Assembly (NCBI RefSeq): GCF_006345805.1
Contig: NC_043014.1
Location: forward strand, 20,832,001 to 20,896,000
Length of the DNA stretch: 64,000 nt
Source: Octopus sinensis
Taxonomy: Eukaryota
Reading direction: 5' to 3'
In this document: positions 49,810-61,084 of the stretch, piece by piece
Numbering within the stretch: position 1 is the first letter of the stretch
Layout of the letters: each line of letters opens with the position of its first letter
Made by a program: the position numbers and the translations under genes
Notes under the pieces: generated by a model
Seen by the model: the letters and a program-made list of their open reading frames with translations, nothing else
Databases searched by the model: none
What the model was told of the DNA's origin: nothing

Positions 49810-50956
49810 TTGTATCAGGTTGTAACAAAAAGTTCTGTTAGTTTTTTTAATTGAAATAAAAATGAAAATGCAACCAAAAATAGATTTATTTAATTATCAA
49901 TACTGTCACCATTCTTTTCAATGACACCTTCCCATCTTTCCCAAAGCTTTTTGATACCCTTTTCATAAAATTTACTTGGTTTTGACTCAAAAAAAAAGAA
50001 ACTAGCTTCATTTCAACCTCTTCTCATGTACTAAGCCAAAGTCCAGCAAAATGATTCTGTAAGATTCTAAAAAGATGATTATCTGTTGGAGCAAGGTGGG
50101 TGAAGCATAATTTCCCAGCCAAATTCTTCTAGTCGCTCTTGCATTATCATGCTGCAGGATCACTTGTTTTCTGTTTTCAGGCTATTTTTCCTGCAAAACT
50201 GTTTTTAAACATCTTAATTGATGGCAGTAAACTCCAGCTGTTATTGTTTGTCACCTAACAGCTCATAATAAACAATCCCCCCCCCCCATGTTCCACCATG
50301 CACTTAAAAGAATCTTCTTTGGATGCAGACCACTTTCAAGCTCTTGGTTTGTAGAGAATCCACTTACCTCCGGTAATGATTCTGTCTAAAAAAGGTGCTT
50401 GGAGTTCATGAGAATGCCATGAGACACAGCAGTCCACACATTTGCAATTGGATTCTGACATATATGTGGAACCCATCTTCTAGCTTGAAGACTTTGCCAA
50501 GTCTTATTATTTCATGATAGGTGGTCATATGGCTCACATTAAACTCCTTACTCAGTTCGCTAGTTGTAATGGATGGATTTTCATCAACAGTAGCTTGCAT
50601 TTCCTCAGAATTGAGTCCTTTGGGGCATCCTTTTCATGCTTCATCTTTTAGACTGAAGTCACCCTTTTTGAAATGTAAAAACCATCTCTGCATGTCGTTT
50701 CATTCACCACATCATTTCCATAAGTGTTTTTGAGTGATCATGCTACTGAGCTTCCTGTATTCCCCTTTTGGAATTCAAACAGCAAAGCATGCCATATGTG
50801 CTCTTTACTTGGAGTGTATATTTGAGCTATCTGAAAGAAGAAATATTTTAGTGATTTAAAAAGCTACTAATATCATTTAGAAGCTAGAATGAAGTAATCA
50901 TGTCTTATAATTATCCTTCAAAAAATGGATAGAGCTTTCATTACTGCCTGATACAA
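49810..50956 (-). mobile_element. Decayed mariner transposon, 1147 bp
   Basis: TA|TTGTATCAGG...CCTGATACAA|TA. Minus-strand remnants F.KGDFSLKDE, VDENPSITTSELSKEFNVSH and GIKKLWERWEGVIEKNGDSIDN*. Confidence 0.8.
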
Positions 50957-52321
50957 TATGAACAATTACTTGTACAATATGAATGATTACAGTTTTATTG
51001 AAAATACTTTGAAGAATTAGATCCAAAGAGAATTAAATATGATGGAAATTTTCATTTCATTTATTTTAATATTTTATTTAGGTTAAAACAAAATTTCTTT
51101 GTTTATTTACTGAAGATTTTGTCAATGATTTATTTATTGCATTGCTTTTAAGCCTGCACCATGAAAAAAATGACAGCACTTCACCCATATATTTATCAAA
51201 AGTTATTTATGACTTACACATAGGCATGGGTAAAAGATTTTACTGCCTACAGTTTACCTACTTCAGTTCATGATGGATAATATAACGGAGAAAATTCCTT
51301 GAAAAGTTTTATCTTTAAAAGGAGTTGGACTAATTTCCTTCTTTGTTAGTTCTTTCATTGATCTACAAGATAAGAAAAGATTATGCAAATAATAAATATA
51401 AATGAATATTATGACTGGGCAGATAAGACCTGTAAATATATATTTATTCAGAACTTGTCCACATACACTCACAATACTCCCTTTGATGATCTGTAAACCA
51501 CTTTACATATCTATTGAGTCCTCATTTAAACTATGGTCTTCCTAGATCTATACTTGGCATGTGTGTTTGTCAAATTTATTTCAGTACACAGCAGAAAAGA
51601 AATGAATTTAAAAACTTCAAACTTTTCTGATATGAGATATTTCCATTTACTTATGATGTTTCAGTATGTGTCTGAATATATATACATGTTTTTCTGTGTT
51701 AATGTGCATGTTTGTTTATTTGAGAAAACACCAGAATTGAAGGGAGATAAATTTTCAAATTTATTGCTGGGCTTCCATGCAATTTCCACTAGTCATTGGA
51801 CAATCCTGCTCACTTTCTATATGATAGTTTGTTTTCAGCAATAGATTTGTATGTGTGTATTCATTTGAGCTGTGGCCATACTTCCTTCATATCTTCCAGT
51901 CTTCTATGTTAAAAATGATTGGATACATTGACTGGTGTAGTCCTATACAGATTTCATTTGGAAAAGAAAAAGAATGAACATGAAATGGTCATGATGGACC
52001 ACCTTTGAACATGGTTCTGTTAAATCAAGATTGACCTAGGGTTAAACAAACAACTTTTGTCATGTATATTTTTTTAAAATTGCACTTCATTCATTATCAC
52101 TTTGCCCACAATGCTCTGTGATAATGAGATTTGTACAATTTTTTATTCATACATGTGTGTGGGGGGGTACAGTGAATATGTAGATATATATTCTTATTCT
52201 TAAACAAGAATGTTGTTGACAGCAATTTTGAATGCAAAAGTATAGGAACCTATCAGATTAATGTGAAATTTGTTATAAGTGAACATAAAAACAAACATGA
52301 ATATATATATATATGATGATG

Positions 52322-52714
52322 ACTAGCAGTATCGCCTGGCGTTGCTTGGGTTTGTAAGGGAAATAACTATATAAGCATTTTTAGAGATGTAAGGTATAAT
52401 AGCCATCTCAATATGGTTAACCACAAAGGTGGGGGGAGGGTATTACTGTAGCATTTTACGTTCTGAGATTTAATAATAAACTTTTAGAGAGTTACTTCCC
52501 TTATATATGCCAAAAATGGGAAAAATTGATGGTAAATTTTTTGTTAAATCGTAGACTCATCGTAGACGCGCGCTAATACCCAGAAGGGCTTGATATGAAT
52601 CACGACTATAAGATACCCAGTTTTGGTTAAACTGCACCGCAAAATGTGGGAGTAGTTAGGAATCTAAAGCGTAGGAGACAGACAGCACACAACCTTACTT
52701 TTATATATAAAGAT
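52322..52714 (+). mobile_element. Non-autonomous Helitron-family element (DINE-1/HINE-like layout)
   Basis: Starts ACTAGCAGTATCGCCTGGCGTTGCTTGGG (subterminal hairpin) and ends GACAGACAGCACACAACCTTACTTTTATATATAAAGAT. Confidence 0.55.
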
Positions 52715-54579
52715 ATATATATATATATGTATGCACATATATATGTATGTACATATATATATGTATGCACCCAGTTTCACAGCACAGTACCTTGGGCAAG
52801 CATATTCTATCACTCCAGGCCCACCTAATCCTTGTGAGTTGGTTTGGTAGAGGGGAAACTTAATGAAGCTCGCTATCTGTATGTGTATTTGTGTACCCTC
52901 TTCTTGGCATCATGTGATGATTGTAAATGAGTATGCTGGCCATTCTGAAAAAAAAAAACGTCTGACTGTGGGGGAAATAGGTGAGGGTTGGTGAATGGAA
53001 GGCTGTGGAAAATCTGCTTCAACAAATTCCATCTGACCCATGAGAGCATGGAAAAGTTGACATTAAATGGTGATGGTGATGATAGCTTGTCCTTCCCTTC
53101 CAATTTGTAATTTTTTTTGTGTGTGTTTTTGACGTTTGTCCCGCCAAGTGAAATGTGTTCAAATTTAATCACCTTACTGTTTGTTTAGTAGTGTTGTTGT
53201 TTTAGCCCAGGGATTAATATAATAACCATCCTGTGTTTTTCTTTTCTTTTTTGTAGGGTTTTTGCCACATGTAATAATTCTCAAGCTGTGTTATTTAATG
53301 ATTTTTATTTATTGTTAAGACAGTAGAATATGAGGGAGATTTGGCTGTTATTTCTTGGAGTTTGACTAATCATCTAGAGTCTTTCTTATTGGCTTGTTTA
53401 TAAGTTATTCAAGGAAATAGAGAGAATGCTCATGACTTTTGATTGCCACAGCTTCATATTGGTGAGACTGATATTACTGATGCCCATTCTGAATGTTAAT
53501 GTATGCAGGACAGGAAACAAGTTGTCTGCTGTGAATTATGCTAAAGCTAAAGGTGCCCAAGGCCTGAGTATATTGGCACTTTTAAACTGGTTAGTATAAT
53601 ATGCCTATCACTCAGCTAAAGGTACCCAAGGACCATTTGATGTGAGAGTTTAAAATGGACGTCATGTTTAGTCTCTCACCTGACTAAAAGCACTCAAAGA
53701 TAATCTTGGGAATGGGGTTAAACCAGACATCATATGAGGCTTTCCCAATTGAATGTATACAAGGTTTTATGTAGAGGAGGTGTTAAATGAGTCGTTCCAG
53801 CTAACTAAAAGCATAATATTATCTTTGAGATGAGGGTTAAATTAAGCATCATGTGAGGCCTTCCACCCAAATAAAGGTACTCGTGGATCACAGGATGTTA
53901 AACTGAGTGGCCATGTTAGGAATAACAGTTTACTATGAGGGAGTTGTTAAAAAATAGAAAGGTGCAAAAAAAGAAAAAGCTGGAATTTCTACTTTCTGGA
54001 GTAGTCTCCCTAGTTACCTACATAGAGATGCTTGCATGTGTAATTAGAGTCAGTTTGTCAATTTCAACTGATAAAGGGTGTATGTTCCAGCCCACCCTCA
54101 GTGCCAAACAGTCAATGGTGCAACTTAATGAATGAAGGCAGATGAACTTTCACGGCTGCAAGGATGGCCCACAATTTTTTATACTGGCCAGCTTCTACGT
54201 TTGTGCCCATCTTCTGCATATTGTAGCAGTCCCTTATGTTCACAAGAAGAGAAAGGAGTGTTTGGCCCACACTACTTAGTCACCCTAAATTCACTATGCA
54301 AGTTTTCTCTAGAAAAAGCCCTACAGCATGGAATAAACTGATAGGGAATGCTTCTCACCAGGAATTCACACATAGGCAACTAGGAAAAGGCCAGTTTGCA
54401 ATTAATATGACCCAACTCAGATGCTGCTCATGTGACAAAGCTATTCATTAAGGCAGTTCTACTTCCCTTGGGAGATACAGATAAAGAATCTGAAAAAAAC
54501 ATAAATATTGTTCTAATTAACCATTTTGATACCTTAAAAAAAGTGAAGTTTCCTTCTCAAGTCCTAGTGACTCACAAGG

Positions 54580-54783
54580 GCCAGTTTCATGGTGTATATA
54601 TTCTCCACCTGGATGGGACGCCAGTCTGTCACAGAATTGCTCATTTTTGCCAGCTGAATGGACTGGAGCAAGGTGAAATAAAGTGTTTTGCTAAAGAATA
54701 CATGTTACCTGGCCCAGGAATTGAAACTACAATCTTACAATCATGAATCAAACACCCTAACCACTAAGCCATGCACGTCCACA
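54580..54783 (-). mobile_element. SINE family C
   Basis: Reverse complement of 33359-33560 with CpG decay. Confidence 0.75.
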
Positions 54784-55534
54784 TTTTGATACCAATCCAC
54801 CTGATAATCATTCCTGGTTCTGTGCATCTTATTTACATGAAGTGGAGTTGTCTGTATAATTATATAAACATTTGAATGACTGCGTAAGCTAATCTTGCAT
54901 AAAGTGGGGATCCGTGTATAACTGTGTGATTGTACGAGTATATAGTTGATGTTGTCAAGTTCCAGTTGAGCCCTGGTTAAGAAAACCCATTATCCTAAGC
55001 ATTCCGGATGAGTACATGCTGCTTTTTGTATTTAGAAGTACGTTTCTGTTTTGTTTTGTTTCTTGTTTTTTTAAGTGACAGTGTGTGATTCAAATAAATT
55101 TGGTTGTGAATTTTGGGGTCAGGTAATCACATTAAAATCAAAGCTCTCTCATTGTCTTCCATATGCATATGTACAAGGTATATTCGTGTAGTTAAGAAGT
55201 TTGCTTCACCATCATGAAACACCCAGGTTCAGTGCTACTGTATAGCATCTTCAGCAAGTATCTTTTCTCATAGCACCAGGTCACCACAAGCTTTGTGAAT
55301 GAAATAGAGTCAGACAGATACTGTATAGAAGTCTGTCATATTGACTGCACCTGTAATTTTAATGCCTAGCATGGTTGCTTACTCTTGATCATGCTGGTCT
55401 ATGGGATACTCAGCTACTTAACTAAAACAGCGGAGAGGTACCTCAGTTGATTGAATACTCATTGTCAGAGAATTATTTTTATTTTACATTAGTGTGTATG
55501 CGAATATCTATCTAAATATATATATATATTCATA

Positions 55535-55830
55535 TCTTTTTCTCCCTGTTTCAGTCATTAGACCGTGGCCATGCTGGGGCATGCCTTGAAGAATTTTTAA
55601 ACAAGTGAATCAGCTCCAGTACTTATTTTTTTTTAAGCCTGGTACTTATTTTCTCGTTCACTTTTGCCAAACTGCTAAGTTACAGAGATGTAAACACACC
55701 AACACCAGTTGTCAAGCAATGGTGGGAGACAAACATACACACACACATATACGATGGGCTTCTTTCAATTTCCATCTACCAAATCCACTCACAAGGCTTT
55801 GACCGGCCGAGACTGTAGCAGAAGACACTT
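55535..55830 (-). mobile_element. SINE family A, 5'-truncated
   Basis: GTTTCAGTCATTAGACCGTGGCCATGCTGGGG...CTACCAAATCCACTCACAAGGCTTTG. Confidence 0.8.
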
Positions 55831-56124
55831 AGACCCAAAGACTCCTGTCCGTCGTCTGTGGTCTCCATTTAATTGTTCAACAACACCAGAGGCTTAGCTC
55901 GTTCCTAGTATGAAGTAGAGAAGGACGTAATTGAAGTGAGTGTTTAGCAATGATGATGAGTGACGTAAGTGATGGATGTCATTAATGAATGATAGAGAAG
56001 AGTGTAATGAGAAAGAGAATAATAGTGATAAAGAAGGGGGTCGAGTGATGGAAATGGAAGACCGAATATGGTCAAGTCCTGTGCAATGCTCCCTGTTATA
56101 ATATAGGCTGTTTATGTATGTGAG

Positions 56125-56590
56125 TATATCTTTATCCCTGGGCATGGATACATTGAATCTCCGACGTCTGGCAGCTGACTTGGCAGACACCCATAAAATT
56201 ATCAACCATCTTACAAACAATAACTCTGAGCACCTTTTCAAACTCCACTTGTCTAACACCCGTGGACATGTTTACAAAGTCAGAAAACAGCACAGCTCCC
56301 ATAACTTTCGGAAACATTTTTTCACGCTAAGAGTTGCTGAAGCATGGAACAGACTGCCGACATCAGTTGTTACTTGTCGGAGCACTGCATCGTTCAAAAC
56401 TTCCATGCTTCCTGAGATTCACCAACACTACACCTGATTTTCTCCCCTCCATACACACGCAAGCATATATCTGACTCATACACTGTACACTTTCCAGACA
56501 TTTGTACATTACTGCATAGCTTTATACACACTTTTGACAAGTTGTGGTGCACCTGAGCACTGTATACAATAATTTCATTATTATTATAGA
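56125..56590 (+). mobile_element. CR1-clade LINE 3' fragment
   Basis: LNLRRLAADLADTHKII...TRGHVYKVRKQH...RKHFFTLRVAEAWNRLPTSVV...SFK, then a 3' UTR ending in (ATT)n. Confidence 0.85.
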
Positions 56591-56621
56591 AATTTATAGA
56601 AAGTAATATGTGTGTATCCAT

Positions 56622-57188
56622 CTTCTATCTTACTTGTTCTGGCCATTAGACTGCGGCCATACTGGGAACCGCCTTGAAGAATTTTTTAGTCTAATGAATG
56701 AACCCCAGTATTTTTAATTAGTCCTGATACTTATTCTATCTGTCTTTTGCCGAAGCTTTAAGTTACGGGAACGTAAACACAACACCGGTTGTCAAGTGAC
56801 ATCTTCACACACATATATGTACTTCTTTCAGTTTCCCTCTACCAAATCCAGTCACACGACTTTACGGGTAAATTTTTATATTAACACCCGCACGATTTTC
56901 ACTAAGAAAAAGAAAATTACAGAAGACTGCCTACAGTCACGTGGAAATGAAATCGTTGTACTTCGACCGGCATAGTATAACCCTTTTCCTTTAAGTTAAG
57001 ACGATTATTTATATATATATATATTCTTGGTAGTCTTCCGTAATTCTTTTTCTTAGTGAAAATCGTGCGGGTGTTAATATCAAAATTTACCGACTTTGGT
57101 TAGTCGAAGATACAAGCCGAAGGTGCCACGCAGTGGGAATGAACCCGGAACTATGTTGTTGAGAAGCGAACTACTTACCACACCTACA
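56622..57188 (-). mobile_element. SINE family A interrupted by a MITE
   Basis: The SINE body breaks at CCAAATCCAGTCACACGACTTT and resumes at GACTTTGGTTAGTCGAAG after the insert. Confidence 0.75.
56867..57091. mobile_element. 225-bp MITE with ~63-65-bp TIRs
   Basis: 56867-56931 is the reverse complement of 57029-57091 with few differences. Flanks GACTTTACG and GACTTTGGT may be a degenerate 9-bp TSD. Confidence 0.85.
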
Positions 57189-57599
57189 CACACACATACA
57201 TACATACCATGCATTTCTAGATTATATGCTCATGTGTATACATATTTACATACATGTATGTACATCTGTTTACGACTGCATATTATGTATATATTTATGT
57301 CCAAATACGAAAGGTGTTTCAACGTGGCTTTAGCTGTGATGGCGAAAGAAAATAATGTGTGTGTGTGTACAAGTATAAGTCTACTGGCTTGGTATGATTA
57401 ACCCATTGTATCCTGAATAACAAAAGGAAAACTCAATGAAGGGGAGATAATGATGGAGAACCTGTGGTGGAACTTTATGAAGGCGGAACTATTCTGTCGG
57501 TGTGTGTACGAAGAATTCTCATCAGTAGGGATGATGACTTGTAACGTATTCTGACACTGACCATCATTTTGGTCACCGTCCTTTTCCATCATCCTAATC

Positions 57600-57723
57600 G
57601 CCACTCTTGAATATTATTTCAGTTCGTGATATCCTTCTTCCAGTTATCACTATATATATACACACACACACACCTAAGCTTCCGGCACGCCGGCTGTCGA
57701 CATTTGGAAGTGTGCAATTGTGG
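57600..57723 (+). promoter_or_regulatory. Possible alternative promoter/first exon in a local CpG island
   Basis: CpG-dense CCGGCACGCCGGCTGTCGAC, then the donor TGG|GTAAGC at 57724, inside otherwise CpG-depleted DNA. Confidence 0.35.
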
Positions 57724-58273
57724 GTAAGCTTCATTACTGCGCTATTTGGTTACTACTGTAAATACTAACAGTCACCCAAATATCACCATCTTTTTGTCTT
57801 CTATACGTATGAAGCATTTGATAGGTAACGAAATCGTTATAGTGTCGGTCGCTCTGCATCCCTCAGATCGAATCTCGCTGTCACTTTTGCTTCCCATCCA
57901 TCCTGGGATTGATGAAACATGTACTATTCAAGTACTAACGGTCGATATATTCTATTATAAGTCTCCTCCAAAGTTTGTGGTCTTGTACCTATGTCGATTT
58001 TGCTTAGAGTGCCGGCCGTATGTTTGTTTATCTCCCTTCGCTGTCAGAGTTCGATTCCCATCCGGATCAACTTGGTCTTTCATCTTTTTGCTGCAGTTGA
58101 TAAATAAATACTAATCAAGCACCGATGGCGATGAATTTAAATATTCTCTACTCCTTCCTCCACCCATAAAATTTTAAGTGCACCTTCATTATTAACCCCA
58201 CATCGCATTCTTTTCTTTGGGTATTTGGTCTGTCAATCACTTGATTCTATAGGAAAATTTTTTTTCTTCCTAA

Positions 58274-58498
58274 TTTTGGCACAAGGCCAAGATGGTTTTT
58301 TTTTTTTTTTTTTTGGAAGTGTGGGTAAAGTTGATTGTGTCGATCCTAGTGCTCAACAAGCGCTTATCTTTCGGCCCCGAAAGGATAAATGGCAAAGTCG
58401 GCTTCGGTAGCATTTAAACTCAGAGCATGAAGGGCAGGAAGAAATGTCGTTAAGCATTTTGTCCGACGCTATATCGATCCTGACAATTCATTGCTTTA
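58274..58498 (-). mobile_element. SINE family B
   Basis: CCCCGAAAGGATAAATGGCAAAGTCGGCTTCGG...AACTCAGAGC...TAAGCATTTTGTCCGACGCTA. Confidence 0.7.
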
Positions 58499-59383
58499 TA
58501 TTCATTTGGAAATATTAATTGATAATTATGGTTCTTCATATCCTTGTATATAAGAAGAAAAACTTTAAATTTTGACTTTTTTGTTTCTCGTATGTTCAGA
58601 TATGGTTTTGTGTGTATTTTTCATTTTGGAGAAACACTAAATCTAGCATCCTCATGTCTGTGTTTGCAAGTACTGTTGAATAGAAATATTTTGTATTTGA
58701 TTACGTTAGTTCAGAATTATAAGGACGATGCATGGCAAAAACGTTCTTGTTTTGGATCAAATACTTGTTGATGTAGGTAATGAGTAATAGTGGTGGTGGT
58801 GGTGGTAGTTATGTTTAAACCAATCGGCATTTCTTTGGAAGTGAAACTATTTACCTTGTCAATATTAGCTTTCGTAGGTGAAATGTCGAATGCTAGGGAG
58901 AAGGCCATCAATTTCGCGAAACAGTGATCGTTTCTTGTGTCCGTTCTTTTATCTTATTAACGTTCTATTCGCATGGGTAGTTTACTGCCATCTTTACTCA
59001 CGCTAATTAGGAATGTAATCAATATATTTGATGGATCCACCTTCGATAATGGCATTGTCACACTGGATGCTTCATAATATACAGCCCGTACCGAGATCCT
59101 ACCGTCCACAAGTTTACTTGCATTCTTTAGTAATTCCATTTTGGCGCAAAACACTTTCACTTCTATGGGGCCCTGCAAATGAAGAAATGCCAATTGCTCT
59201 TTGTTTTGTCTAATTATCTCTCCCATTAGTTAATTTCTCTAATTTACTGATGCTTTTTTGTTGTGTCAGTCATAAGAACCTCACGGGGTTCTTAAAGCTG
59301 TGCCACTATATTTTTTACAGACACTCAAAGTGTGGGATTGACATATTCTAAATGAATTAAGAAATAGAAAATATATATACATG

Positions 59384-59780
59384 TAGGTGCAGGCATGGCC
59401 ATGTGGTAAGAAGTTTGCTTCCCAAATACCTGATTCCAGGTTCAGTCACACTGCATGGTACCTTGAGCAAGTGACTTCTACTACAGCCTCAGGTTGACCA
59501 AAGCCTTGTGAGTGGATTTAGTAGAAGGAAACTGAAGGAAGCCTGTCATAAATATATGTGTCTGTGTTTGTCCCCCACCGCCACTTGACAACTGATGTTG
59601 GTGTGTTTACATCCCTGTAACTTAACAGTTTTGCCAAAGAGACTAATAGAATAATTACCAGACTTTACAAAAAAATAATTAAATACTAAGGCTGGTTCAT
59701 ATGACTAAACATTCTTCAAGGTAATACCCCACTATGGTCACAGTCTAATGACTGAAACAAATAAAGGATAAAAGTTAAAG
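59384..59780 (+). mobile_element. SINE family A (CpG-decayed)
   Basis: Full layout from head to the AATGACTGAAACAAATAAAGG tail. Confidence 0.9.
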
Positions 59781-60249
59781 ATGCTGACTTAACTATCTGT
59801 CATTCTCCCTCAGTATTTTTCCCTAGTCCTTAACTATATATATATATATATTTCTATATGTCTTTCTTGTTTATATGTTCATCTTATCCACCCATATGCT
59901 TGTCGTTTTTATATGCTTTCCTTATGTATAAACAAAAGTGTCAGTGGCTGAAGTTTTTACTAGCATGAAAAATAATTTAGTAGCTTAGTAGCCAGCAACA
60001 CACAGGTCCCATTTCTGAAGTATGTTTAGCATGATGGCTTTTTCAATGGTATAGCAAGAAAAAAAAAAGTACGAGTTGCTTGTCAAAACAATTGAAGATG
60101 GTTGTTGCATGGTTTGGCCAAATTATTGGGTCTGATACATCAGCTTGGTAGTGTTTATCAAACTGACAATATCCATGCACCACTCAACACTACAAAAAAG
60201 AAAAACAGCAATTCAGTGCAATTTTTGCTCCTCCCTAACTTTTTATTAG

Positions 60250-60426
60250 CCCTTTAGTGTTCACATTATTCTGTGAAATGTAATGCTTATTTATTCACAT
60301 TGTTTTGACTTAACCATGCATTATCTTGTAGCTTTTAGATTTCATTGATGTAATTGCTTTAATTTTAGAAGGGCATAGTAGGGTTGGTATCAGAGACTGA
60401 ATATAGCTAGTTTAAATGTTAAAGGG
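60250..60426. mobile_element. piggyBac-type MITE, 177 bp
   Basis: TTAG|CCCTTTA ... TAAAGGG-type end (AAAGGG)|TTAA. The left TSD has one substitution. Confidence 0.6.
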
Positions 60427-60994
60427 TTAATGTGAAGAGAATACAGAATTTACATCCATATAATTGATTTACCTTCACCATGGTGTTAAACAAGTAAGTT
60501 TAAGGTCTTTTTATTAAAACATGGCAACTAATTCATCTTCTTTCATAGCTTGTAGCCCCTATGAGAATCACTCCTGTAAGGGTTGATTATTCACACATCA
60601 GTACAGCTAAATTTTGGGTAATTGTCAAATCTCCAGATGCTACCAGAAAAATAGTTTCATAACTGTATATTATTTGTTAACATACATGCAAGACAATCCA
60701 TTTGATGACTCTACATGGTGGATCACATCACACTTTTCTAATCTTAAGAACAAATTGAGTGGTGTAATGCTAGGTACTAAAAAATGTGGGAGAGTAACAG
60801 TCACAGCTGAAATGTGTTTGATCATAGGGCTATTTAATCAGGGTTGATTCAAGGTAAACAACAAACTCAAGCATTACATGAAGTATTCAGTAACAAAAGT
60901 AATTTCGACTATTAATCATAGATTCAGGGTTAATGTTTTTAATTAACAAAAAATGGTGAATAATAACATGTTTCATTCTACCGTAATATTAATT

Positions 60995-61024
60995 ATTTTC
61001 CTTTTTTTTTTTCTCTCTCTTCAG
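60995..61024 (+). promoter_or_regulatory. 3' splice acceptor of the ZNF coding exon
   Basis: TTTTCCTTTTTTTTTTTCTCTCTCTTCAG|, 60 nt upstream of the ATG. Confidence 0.8.
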
Positions 61025-61084
61025 CCTTGCCACGCATTGCATCTGCCATTTGTGGTGCCGATTATATAGTCCTTCATCAAGAAT

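Noticed and set aside
53235-53300. Strong acceptor TTTTCTTTTCTTTTTTGTAG at 53256
   Set aside because: No convincing donor or ORF follows; it cannot be supported as an exon without RNA data.
53540-53930. Faint repeats (GCTAAAGGT.CCCAAGG twice, CATCAT.TGAGGC twice)
   Set aside because: Irregular spacing and only two copies each.
58957-59226. 89-aa ORF with ordinary composition in the CpG island
   Set aside because: Short, no recognisable domain, and overlapped by a similar-length ORF on the other strand.
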